Below are positions 50,501 to 61,572 of a stretch of 64,000 nucleotides of DNA, piece by piece; position 1 is the stretch's first letter, and every line of letters begins with the position of its first letter. Source of the DNA: Podarcis filfolensis (lineage: Eukaryota). The notes beneath the pieces are model-generated. The model made no database searches. It was not told the origin of the DNA and worked only from the letters and a program-made list of their open reading frames with translations. The position numbers and the translations under genes were made by a program. The stretch is taken from the NCBI GenBank assembly GCA_964270895.1, contig OZ185438.1. One strand, given 5' to 3'.

Positions 50501-53500
50501 TGATTTCAGCAATGCATTTGCCTCCACATCTTCCAAACTTTAGCCATTGAAGATATTTGGCCAGCAATGTGGAATGGAAAAAAATCCAGTGTGCTTTCGA
50601 TGAGTTCATAAGTTCATTTGTGACAATCAATGTCAAATACAACGTGAGAGAAGCTTCATTGTTATCAAGTGTTAAGCTTTGTTTGCTAAATAAAAGTAAA
50701 ATAAATACACTAAATTGGATAAGATTTTATAAGAAACCTTATTTTAATTAAAAAAAAATCCAGTGCAAAATTACCCTAAATTTTCTGGTAAACCTCATCA
50801 CTGGTTTTGGGACTATATATAGAATTTGGTTGAAGAAGTATTCTCATTTATAATAGAAGGAAATTAAGAAAGAAAATAATGATCTGTTATTGACTACAAT
50901 GGAAACCACAACACTCACCTTTTCTTATTTCTATTTCTACCATTGAAGGATTTGCAAGTTCCATATATTTTCCCAGGTAGCTGATTTTCCCATTCCATTT
51001 TTCACCAGGCTGCAGCTTTTTTAGCCTGAGTTCTAAGGGACATCTGGTGACAATGCCTGTTCATGAAGAGAATCCAATTCATTAAAAGTATAGGTTATTC
51101 AGATTCACAGAAACTTCCTAAAGATTGCTAAAAACAGGCAGAATCCCACCGATTATGATGAAACAACACCTAGTTCTAGGGCAAAATCAGCTCCTAAAAT
51201 GGACCTCCATAAATAATCTGAGCAATACTGCAGATGTAGGCAGCTATCTTAAAATCTTTGCACTTAACCTTATAGGTGAACAGTGCCATCCCCGCCCCGC
51301 TGATAATATTACACCAAGCTTTTTAAAAATCAATTTAGTTTCTCAGAAATGAGAGACTTCTAACTGGTAACATTGCTTTCTTTGAAGTGTATCCAACCCT
51401 CCGAGATGTTAAAATAATGCAGGCAGACACCAAAGAGAAGGTAACTTTAGAAAATAAAGATGCCTTTTATAAAGTAGGAACACTGAAGTTAAAAAATCTC
51501 TGAACTTGCACATCCTCAAAGCTTCCCAGAAGGAAAAGCCGGCGGGAATTCTCACCACTGCCCCGTGGAAGAGCGACTCCAGAAAGAGCTTCCAGAACTG
51601 AGCTTTTCCCTGAGCTCTGATCGCCAATCACTGCAATTGCTGGCAATGCCAAGTCCTTCTCCACTCCGAGGGCTCTCAGAGTATCAATAAGGTCAATACA
51701 TGGACGGATCTTCTCTTCGTATTGGTTGAATAAGGTGTTTTCTGGTTTCTGGTTAAAAACACACACATACACAGTTCACTTCCATTTTAGTATGTGGCTC
51801 TATTCATACATCATCTGAGCTGTGGTTAATGGTTTGCTTTGAATAGGGAGAAAACTCCTGCTTTGCGCAAATGGGACCACAAAACACAATCTCTGAAGTT
51901 ATGTCTAAAGTGGGGGCTTGTTTCATTCGAACAAATTACGATGAAGAAACAAAAGAACCGCCCTTGGGTCAGATGTAAAGCTAAGCCAGAATTGTATTTC
52001 AAACACTGAGTGACACTCATAGGAGCAGCTTGGATCAAAAAGATCACTGAACACCCACAAAAAGTAGCATTGGTTCTAGACCAGGCTAGGCACTTCTTTT
52101 TGGTGTGTGAGCATCTTACTCTTGGGTTTTCATTTCTTTCTGCAGAAGAGTTCCTTTTTACAGAAAGGCTTTTCTGCATCTTTTACTTCTTTATAGCATC
52201 AGCAGCATTCCAGCTATCTCTTAGTGAAATTCCCATTACAGGAATAAACATAATCTGGTCCTGTTTCTCAGAGTATATGTTATTTACAAAACTTTACACT
52301 GGTCATTAATGAACAAAGCAAATAAAGCAACATAATCTTTTTCTCTTTTTAGCCATCTGGCCAGATACCTAATGCTGACTCATTCACATACAATTGCACA
52401 TTGGTTTTTGAACAGCTTAGTTCTCGGATGTTTTTGCTCCCGAACGCCACAAACTTGGAAGTGAGTGTTCCGGTTTGCAAACTATTTTTGGAAGCTGAAC
52501 GTCCGACAGGGTTTCTGCAGCTTCTAATTGGCTGCACGAGCTTCCTGCAGCCAATTAGAAGCCACACTTTGGTTTCAGAACATTTTGGAAGTCAAACAGA
52601 CTTCCAGAACGGATTCCTTTCGACTTATGAGGTGTGACTGTAGTCATTTACACTGACCCAGACTTCCTTGATCACATGCCCTGATAAGGACACCTGTTGC
52701 TGGAGAAATTTTCCATTGCCTAGCAACTAGAATATTCCAACAGGACCATGAGCAGAATTTGTGTTCCTTATCATTCTCAAACATCACTAACGTAGTTGAT
52801 TCATAACCAGTCTCCTTCCAGAAAGAGACAACACACCAGGCAGGTTAGTTCCCATGAGAAAGATTCCCTCTCACTCAAGACAACTGGCTGTCTAGAGAGG
52901 AAGACAGTGGCCTCCCTTGTGGTTTCCCCTCTCCATCCATCCTTCCTTCCCCTACTAGTCTTGTAATGGGTCCTGTTCCAACATCTGCTCCTGAACCCTC
53001 ACACAGGCTCTTACAGCTAGGAGCCTATACTCTTGAGAGTGTGTGGGCAACACCTGTTAAACTCTCCAAAGCCAGAGGGGTGGCTGAGTAAGATATCCAG
53101 TACAGTCATACCTTGAAAGTCGAACAGAATCCGTTCTGGAAGTCCATTAGACTTCCAAAACATTCGGAAACCAAGGGAGCTCCTGCAGCTAATCGGAGGC
53201 CGCACAGGATGATTGGGTTCCAAAGAACATTCGCAAACCAGAACACTCACCGGGTTTGCAGCGTTCGGGAGCCAAAACGCTCGACTTGCAAGGCATTCTG
53301 CTTCCAAGGTATCACTTCAGTTACAAGCAGGGCTCAAGGGAGAAGCAGCAGGATAAATTTCAGAAAATAAGAGTAATTATGCAGACCCACTTAATTTCAG
53401 CTTTTCTTGGCCAGTAATCTGGATTTCTGAGGCATACAATCCTAGATTTGTTTAGTGTCAAGAATGCACAACCTTGAGTAAAAGGTTGGCTCTAAATTGC

Positions 53501-53740
53501 AGGATTTCAGTGCTAACAAGGCGCATATTAACTCAAAAGACTTACTTTATTAGGTTGGTTTTGTTTTCCCAGTTGATCCACATCCTCGTGTTTTATGGGA
53601 CTGAACACAAAGCCTTCCATTTTTGATGGAGCAAATACATTTGGTGTAGCAAAATATTGTATAGATTTAGCTTCTTCTGGCAACAGTGATGGGATGGTGC
53701 CTATAGTCCCATTTTGTTGTGGATTCCATGGGTTATTCAT
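47476..53740 (-). CDS. MX1: Mx-family GTPase paralogue, C-terminally truncated (8 coding exons, 1197 nt, 398 aa; 426 aa from ATG 53824)
   Basis: Exons 53546-53740, 51556-51748, 50919-51056, 49545-49699, 49130-49268, 48355-48553, 47707-47785 and 47476-47574 join in frame with GT-AG sites; G1-G4 motifs intact. MX1 versus MX2 orthology cannot be resolved here. Confidence 0.9.
47707..47785 (-). CDS. MX1: Mx exon, G domain end to BSE helix 2
   Basis: [27 protein letters not shown]; 79 nt; donor GTAAGT. Confidence 0.93.
47926..48301 (-). mobile_element. L2-clade LINE 3' end inside an Mx intron
   Basis: Minus ORF ...[42 protein letters not shown]; (ATT)n tail. Confidence 0.85.
48355..48553 (-). 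CDS. MX1: Mx exon with G4 motif
   Basis: [14 protein letters not shown]...[17 protein letters not shown]...FFEKHKCF; 199 nt. Confidence 0.95.
49130..49268 (-). CDS. MX1: Mx GTPase exon
   Basis: [46 protein letters not shown]; 139 nt. Confidence 0.95.
49545..49699 (-). CDS. MX1: Mx exon with G3 motif
   Basis: [52 protein letters not shown]; 155 nt. Confidence 0.95.
49843..50084. mobile_element. TcMar-Tigger-type MITE
   Basis: TA-CAGTGATATCTCAGG ... CCGAGGTATGACTG-TA. Confidence 0.75.
50919..51056 (-). CDS. MX1: Mx exon with G2 Thr
   Basis: [46 protein letters not shown]; 138 nt. Confidence 0.95.
51556..51748 (-). CDS. MX1: Mx exon with BSE helix 1 and P-loop
   Basis: [64 protein letters not shown]; 193 nt. 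Confidence 0.96.
52391..52640. mobile_element. TcMar-Tigger-type MITE
   Basis: Same GATTGGCTGCAG...AGCCAAT hairpin core and TA-flanked ends as the other copies. Confidence 0.75.
53103..53317. mobile_element. TcMar-Tigger-type MITE
   Basis: TA-CAGTCATACCTTG ... CCAAGGTATCAC. Confidence 0.75.
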
Positions 53741-53824
53741 CTCCTCATCTGAAGAGCACCTGTTCTTAATTTTCCGAGCGCGCCGGTCAGATGGAGAATC
53801 ACGCCAGGAAGAGGACTTCAACAT
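53546..53824 (-). CDS. MX1: Mx first coding exon (acceptor at 53855; ATGs at 53824 and 53740)
   Basis: MNNPW start resembles the avian Mx N-terminus as I recall it; donor AAA|GTAAGT is phase 0, matching the next exon. Confidence 0.8.
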
Positions 53825-54889
53825 TTAGTTATCTGGGACTTTCCTTTATTGATTCCTGAAATGATATTACACATTTTGTCAAGAATAAGAAAAGCTCAAA
53901 GCAGTGATGGGGGCTGGATTGGAACTGTGGATGTGGGTGGGTGAAAATGGGGCATGCACATATTTATGGAGATCTGGAAGCAGGAGATACACTAGAATGT
54001 TTGTCTCCACTATTCTCAACTTAACTATTTAAATAAGCAGAAGGAAAGGATAACATCTGCACAGCATTTTACATTCCATCTTAATGCAAATAGCTGTCAA
54101 TCTGCACAATATCTTTATCCAACAATGGTTCAATATTTAATACACTTCCAGTGCAATCCTATGTGGTTTACTTGGAAGCAAGTCCCACTTTATACCATAG
54201 GGTTTACTTTCAGGTAAGGTCAGAATGCTATACAAGCTGAATTAAAAAACTCTAGCTCTCTCAGATCCAAACAAAGGGGAAAGTTCAAAAGGAAGAGTCC
54301 TGTGCAAACAAGTTCTGCTTTTGCAAGCTTGCATATCCATATCCTTTCATTTAAATAAATTGGATTTTTTAAAAAAATGTCACCGTGTGTATTTTTTTCC
54401 CTCACCATGTGCCTGTCTGCAATAATGTATTTTCCCTTTTCTTGAGGGCTAGGCATGTTAAGTCTTTTGCAGCAAAAACAAGAGTTCCTGTTGCACCATA
54501 AATACAAATAAATAAGTGTATTATGGCATAAGCTTCACAGACTGCAGTCAACAGCAGGTGCGTGAAGTGCTATCCGTCCTCCTAGTCAAGACAGCACTTT
54601 GTGTATCTGATACAGAGGACTGCAGTCCTTGAAAGCTTATGCCACAATAAATGTATTAAGTCTTTAAGGCATCAGAAGAAGAAGAAAGGAGTAGAGATGC
54701 AAATGAAGGATTTCCAGGTTTCGGCTCTTAACCCATAAGCATAAAGTATAAATACAAACGGAAATTCAAAGCCAGCTGTGTTCACTACCACCACTACCAC
54801 TATTCTGAAGTAGCAGAAGATAGCAAAGAACTCCTGTCTTCACTCACTGCTACTCTTGTCAGCTGGCCAGCGCCCACAGGATTTCAGAT

Positions 54890-55380
54890 TGTGACGAAGC
54901 ACCTGCTCCAAGGCTGAGGGTATCAACCAGGTGGTCACTGTCGCATTAGCACCGGAGGAAAAAACTTAAACACGTACAGCAGAGTTTCCAAAAAAACAGA
55001 CCAGGGGCAATTGTACTTCATCCAGCAGAGCTTTACTGGTACTGAAGGCAAATGAGCATAAATGGTCACAAATCCAAAACAATTGGGATTGACACAGTCC
55101 ATAAAAATCCAGTTGCAGCACTTACAATAAAACTTACAAACTTAGTAAGACTAAACTTTAACACTACAGCATAAAGAAACAGAACACTAGAACAAAGACA
55201 GAAGTGAAAGTGAGTGAGACCCAGGCTCTTCCTGGCCTTACTATATTAGTCAGCATGACCTTGACAGAATGAACAACAAAACCTGTTGAAACCAGCTGTA
55301 CTCAGCTTCCCAGAGAAATAACCCAAACATCCAAAACTTTCTTCCTGTTTCTTTCACATGGAAATAAACCTTCGATCACA
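54890..55380 (-). mobile_element. Probable solo LTR in Mx intron 1
   Basis: TGTGACG...CGATCACA ends, minus-strand TATA-like motif (~55245) and AGTAAA (~55035); no clean TSD found. Confidence 0.4.
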
Positions 55381-55578
55381 ACAAGAAGAAACCTTCTAGA
55401 ACCCTCTTTGTACAAACCACACACATTGTGTGCCCTGCAGAAAAGGCAAGGAACCCACTTGTGTATAGAGCTCCTGGTATTTGAAAAAACAAAAGTAAAC
55501 ATACTTTTAAGAAAAAGAAAAAAAATCCTAAATCCACTTTAGGGGAATATCCAATACCTGGTAGGCTTAGTAAAGGTA

Positions 55579-55818
55579 CGGTGGTACCATGGTTCTCGAA
55601 TTCAATCCATTTTGGAAGTCCGCTCAACTTGCAAAGTGTTCGAAAACCAAGACACAGCTTCTGATTGGCTGATTGGCCCAAGAAACAATGCCGACAGCCA
55701 AAACAGATGTTCGGCTTCCAAAAAACATTCGCAAACTGGAACACTTACTTCCAGGTTTGCGGCGTTCGGGAGCCGATTTGTTCGCCCACTATGCCATTCG
55801 AGAACCAAGGTACCACAG
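55579..55818. mobile_element. TcMar-Tigger-type MITE
   Basis: TA-CGGTGGTACCATGG ... CCAAGGTACCACAG-TA. Confidence 0.8.
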
Positions 55819-56129
55819 TATTGTCCTACTGTAGATTTTGTGTACGCTTTTAAAGGCAATGTCAATAATTCAGTCTTTGTCCACTAGGTGGCAGGTTCCT
55901 AACTTCTTCCCTGTTGTCGTTCCTCAATACATCATTTTCACTCTGTTTCCTAGCCAGTTTTCTCAAGAATTTGCTCAGTGCTAAGTGATGATGTTCTCCC
56001 ACACTTTAAAAAAATGTTAACGAAATCAATGAGGCCTAGACTTCTAGATAATTGACAGCTGACTGTGTGTGAAACAAAGGACGGAAGTGTTTGATTCATA
56101 TTCTGCTCTAACCACAAAAACAGAATTTT

Positions 56130-56645
56130 TTTTCCCCCCTTCCAGTAGCACCTTAAAGACCAACTAAGTTAGTTCTTGGTATGAGCTTTCGTGTGCATGC
56201 ACACTTCTTCAGATACACTGAAACAGAAGTTGCCAGATCATTCTATATAGTGAGAAGGTGGGGAGGGGTATTACTCAGAAGGGTGGTGGGAATGGGTGGT
56301 TGGCAGATAGCTGAGATGAGCCTGTTGACGGCTCTTAACGACTGCAATAGGTCTTACAGGAAAAAGCAAGGGGTGAGAAGGTGAAAAATGGCTTTGTCAT
56401 GTATAATGAGATAAGAATCCAATGTCTTTGTTCAGACCAGGTCTCTCCATGGTTTTAAGTTTGGTAATGAGTTGCAATTCAGCAATGATCTGGCAACTTC
56501 TGTTTCAGTGTATCTGAAGAAGTGTGCATGCACACGAAAGCTCATACCAAGAACTAACTTAGTTGGTCTTTAAGGTTCTACTGGAAGGAAAAAAATTTTT
56601 TTTTTTTGTTTTGACTATGGCAGACCAACACGGCTACCTACCTGT
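56130..56645 (-). mobile_element. Penelope-like element, 3' ORF remnant with inverted terminal repeat
   Basis: Terminal repeat like 19393-19750 in both orientations; minus strand encodes IAELQLITKLKTMERPGLNKDIGFLSHYT, typical of the Penelope C-terminus. Confidence 0.8.
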
Positions 56646-57639
56646 CACAAGAACAGAGTTGTGCAAAAATGCTCTAATATGTGTAATGGCAGACTTCCAT
56701 GTAATGCAAAGAAAGCTGCTAGACAAGCTGATATTTAAAAGGCAACCCTATTTTAGTAACTTGCCAAAATCCTCTTCCAACTTTTGTCATTTTCCAGTGT
56801 GTTTGAGGAATAAACTCCTGCACCTGGGTTTTTTTTGTCAGCTACTGTATAAATATTTTGCACTTTGTATCATGTTCATAATGTCTCTGACACAAAGGTG
56901 CAAGCTGACTCTCCTGACATACGTATCAGGAAAATAAAAGATGTCCTGGCATGTGTTTCAAATGGTCTGATTTCTGCAACATTTAATTCAAAGTTGAAAA
57001 ACAAAACAAAAACACAGCATGATTATCCATAACACATATGACGTAACTGTAGTAACATAAGATAAGCAGCTGAACCTTTCTCCAATTTTACATACACGGC
57101 TGCTGTCTGCCCTACAGGGGTAAACATGGCAACTTTGCTGGAGGGGGGATTTTAACTGAGAGAACTGTGGGAAAGTATATCTTACCCCCTTTGCAAAGCT
57201 GCAGTTTTTAATCTGATTGTTTTCATTACAGCAGCTGATGGGGCAAACAAACATGGGAGGTCCTGATTGCAAATCTCCTGCTTTATATTTAGTTTGTGGT
57301 CCTATACACAACTATGAGCACGATTGCTCAGATTATTACTTTCTCTTAAAACATGGTTAGAGAACCTTTAAAAGCCTGGAGGCCACCTGAAAGTGAACCC
57401 CCCTGAGATCTTTTGATGAAGGGTGGCATATAATAGAAATGTTAAGAATAACAACAGCAGGAATGATAATAATAATAATATATTCTGGAGCGTTCACCCA
57501 CACCTGACACTTCCATCCTCAGCTCTTCCCCACACCAAGGGGGCATCAAGCTCTGCATCTGCCTGGAACAGGAACTTTTCAGCGCGGCTCCAAACAAGAA
57601 CCAGCCAACGCCCAAAACTACAAGTAGCGTTCATATCAG

Positions 57640-58800
57640 GTGACAAAAGGGCTTCAGCGCTATTCGCGTCTGCCACAAGGGGCGCCATCAGTCTTCCCTC
57701 AGAAAACACCGCCTCTCTGAACCGGACAGCCTGACTAGCCCGGAGCGGAGCATCACTTCTGGGCTGGTGCTACAGGACCGTGAAAGAACGACAACCCGAC
57801 CGCGTCCCTCAGGCTGTTCTGTGGAGCTTCGCGTGCCTGCCTGAGGGAACTGAGCCCCCTTCCCTGGCGTAGCCAAGGGGGCAGTTCCCCCCATCAATAA
57901 AAAGCAAGACGAATCTGAGGGTCTGCGCCCCCTAACCAAAATCCCACGCCCCCTTTATTAATCCCAACTTCACTTCGCCGAGAGTGACCCTCCCACCCCC
58001 GTATCCAAATGGACTTCGGGCGGGACGCTTCCCACCTGCTGCGTCCTGGGGCGCGAAGGCAGAGCGCAATGGGGCCAATCAACGCCGCCCTTCCTCCCCA
58101 AGCCAGGGGCCCGAGAACATGGCGCCTCCCTCCCTCCCTCCCGCCCCATGAAGCCTTTATTCGCCCCATTAAATGGAAAGGCTGAAGCGCCTCCAAGGAC
58201 CGAGCGAGACCTTTCGGCTCTTCCAGGAGGGAAGGCGGAGCCGCAACCAGCGTCGCTCGCCCTCTTGCGGCCTAAAATGAAATCTCTCCTGGAAGGTTGT
58301 TTGCCTATCACTCGGTTAACAGCAAGGCGTCGAAAGGGTCGAGGGGAAACGTCACCTTTACGGAGCGGAGATCTTGGGTGGCGATCTGTCCCGCTGCCGG
58401 ATCTCTGGCTGTTGCGTCCACCGAAGCGACTCCGAGCCAGTCTCCTCTGGATCTCCGGGCCGGCAATTTAGCACCATCCCTCGCCCCGCCTCTTCCCCGG
58501 GACAAAATCTGGGGAAATGAAACTTAAAAGTAAAACCTGGGCAGAAAGGAAAGCGGGAAGGGGCGGGGAGCGGAGAGGATGGTGCCCGGCGTAGCAACTA
58601 AGTTCCCTGGATCGCCAGCGGGGAGAGCGCAGCTGTGGTCGGATCCTGCTGGCGAGCTTCCCAGAAGGCACCTTGGGGCCGGATGCCGGACGAAGCGGGC
58701 CTTACGCCTGATCCCTGCATCTTTACCTTCTTATCCCCCCCCCGCCTTCTTTGTAGGTTTGGGGTGCAGGAAAGCTGGCCCCGCCCAACGTAAGTGCAGT
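57640..58800 (-). promoter_or_regulatory. CpG island, promoter and non-coding exon 1 of the truncated Mx
   Basis: High CpG density, GC box near 58483, candidate donor AAG|GTGACG at 58356. Confidence 0.7.
58513..58524 (-). promoter_or_regulatory. ISRE (interferon-stimulated response element)
   Basis: Minus strand AGTTTCATTTCC fits the AGTTTCNTTTCY Mx-type ISRE; further GAAA half-sites at 58527-58553. Confidence 0.8.
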
Positions 58801-60123
58801 AGGCTCTGGATCAGGAAATATCTTACGCGCTTGAGCTGGAAGAGCCTCAGATGGAAGAAAAACCCACAAACACTGCAGAGATGCTTCCTCACCCCACCCA
58901 AGTGGGGCCGACTATAAGAGCAGGGGCAGCCTCGGATAGCCTGCTAAATAGTGATACAGTTCAATCCAAGCATCATATAGTTCATATTTAACAAATCCAC
59001 ATTTTTAAATAAATCTGTTACAGAGATGCAATGGGCTGCAGGCCCAACTTCACTGCATTTCATTCCCACTGAAATCCATGGGATTTAAGACATGACAATG
59101 TTTCCCATTGATTCCAATGGTACCTAAATGCAGTTTCCTTAAGACTGCAATCCTAACACCACACAGCTGGGAAGAATTCAATAGGACTTGCTTGAGTAGG
59201 TATGGTTGGGGTTGTGCTGGCTGACTGGGCTGAACCCACCTGCTTGTATGGTATGTTTGTCTCTGTCATTATTAACTGTCAGGAGGAAGTTGAAAACATT
59301 CCTGTTCAGCCAGGCATTTGGTGGCTGGAGAATACTGTGCCTGCCAACCCCATCATTGGATGGAAGACCATTTTTATAACTCTTAACTGCTTTCAGATGT
59401 TTTTAATTGTAATTATTCTTAGGCTGTTTAGTTTTAAAACGTTTTTACTGTGTTTTTGCTTTTAAATGTTGTATCTGTGTGCTGCCCTGGATCTTATGGC
59501 TTCTTCACATCTTAAAACATTTACAGACATTCCAGTTAAAGAATTTCAATGGTAAGTCACTATAAAAAAGTCACTAAGCTAACATCAAGCTTGCGAAATC
59601 AGATCTCCACTGATTTAGGGAAGTCGATTTCACACACCCCTACGTCATTGTTCACTCTCTTGCAACATCCCTTAATAGTCTGTTTCTCTGCCTCTCACTC
59701 TTACACACACTTCATATACCACTTTCTCAGCCCCACACAGGGCTGCACTTTTGACTGTTCCATTCGGTCTTTGCTCCACTTCCTACTGTTAACCACCACA
59801 TTGTCCTTGAATGTTGTTTTTTGGATTATTATTATACTTTTTAAAAGGTTCTGAGGAGTCTTAATGTACATAAATCATTCCATTTCAGCCAAGGAGCCAA
59901 GCAAGGGCTAAATTAAACCAACTGAAACTATTAACTCTCATATCTAATAGCCAGCAACATTTAAAACAATGCAGCCTGCAGTTATCTCAAGGTAGGGTGA
60001 GGGGTATTTTGGGCCATTTTTGGGGGGTGGGAAGGCAAATTGGCAGACCACAAGCTATCTGTTTTCTGTGTGAATCCTGTTGTCTCTGGTTGACCACAGC
60101 CACTCCCTAGCAGAACAGACAAA

Positions 60124-61038
60124 GCTGGTTTTTGACTTAGCCAGAGACAAGCTCAGAAAACAGGTAGCAAGTAGCCTGTGCTGGTTCAGTTGAGAGATGA
60201 AAACTCAGTACAAAACTAAGTTGTATAATAGCTTAATTAGAACCAGCTAATAAATTCTCTGGGGAACTCCATAGCTCCAAACCAATCACTGATTGGTTTT
60301 GCAGGAGAGTAAATAGAGACAGCTGTGGGCTATGTATTTAGAACTAGCCAATCTAGCAACAAACCAATGAATAAGATTTCATGTTCTTCAGAACTCTTCT
60401 AGTGCAATGTCTATGCCAGGGGTCAGCAAACGTTTTCAGGAGGGGGCTGGTCCACTGTCCCTCAGACCTTGGGGGCCGGACCCACCATCTGCCAAAAGCA
60501 CCCCCTCTCCCAAAAGGAGCCCCCCCCCCGCCAGTCACACCACAGCCACTGATACCATGTTTTCTGCAGTGGTAATGTCCTGCTGGTTTTTGACTTAGCC
60601 AGAGACAAGCTCGGAAAACAGGTAGCAAGTAGCCTGTGCTGGTTCAGTTGAGAGATGAAAACTCAGTACAAAACTAAGTTGTATAATAGCTTAATTAGAA
60701 CCAGCTAATAAATTCTCTGGGGAACTCCATAGCTCCAAACCAATCACTGATTGGTTTTGCAGGAGAGTAAATAGAGACAGCTGTGGGCTATGTATTTAGA
60801 ACTAGCCAATCTAGCAACAAACCAATGAATAAGATTTCATGTTCTTCAGAACTCTTCTAGTGCAATGTCTATGCCAGGGGTCAGCAAACGTTTTCAGGAG
60901 GGGGCTGGTCCACTGTCCCTCAGACCTTGGGGGCCGGACCCACCATCTGCCAAAAGCACCCCCTCTCCCAAAAGGAGCCCCCCCCCGCCAGTCACACCAC
61001 AGCCACTGATACCATGTTTTCTGCGGTGGTAATGTCCT
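60124..61038. repeat. Tandem duplication, unit ~458 bp (60124-60581 and 60582-61038)
   Basis: The two copies differ by two A/G substitutions and one C-run length, as far as I can see by eye. Confidence 0.9.
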
Positions 61039-61390
61039 CTGCCTCGACCAGGGGTCCGTGGGGTGCAGAGCCCATTCCAACGGCCTGGGCTGCGGAGGCA
61101 GCCTCCCCGCCACCACCGTTTCCTCCTGCTTGGCTTTTGACCATACGCGGCTGCCTCAGCGGGAAGGAAGGGGTGTTGCCCAGAGGTGTCCGCGGCTTCG
61201 GATTGGCTGCAGGAAGCTCCTGCAGCCAATCTGAAGCAGCATCCGTGTTGCGGAAGTTAGTCCCCACGTGGTGAGGCGTCTGTGCCTCATCGGTTTAGCA
61301 TGGGGTGGCAGGGTCAGCAAGGTTCGCAGGCTGCATTAACGAGCCCGGTGGGCTGTACCCGGCCCCCAGGCCTTAGTTTGCCGACCCCTG
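60875..61390. mobile_element. Non-autonomous hAT element with mosaic interior
   Basis: CAGGGGTCAGCAAAC / GTTTGCCGACCCCTG TIR; TSD GTCTATGC / ATCTATGC. Confidence 0.8.
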
Positions 61391-61572
61391 ATCTATGCAG
61401 AAATAAGTCCCATTGACTTAATTGGGTTTACTCCTAAGTTGGTGTGTATAAGATTACAGCCTTTATCAGTTATCAAGAAAAATAGAGTGTGAGAGAAAAT
61501 GCTGGCATAGTGTTGAAGCTGCAAAGTCAGAAATTCCATTGCAAGTTCCCATTGTCCATGATACATCTAGAC

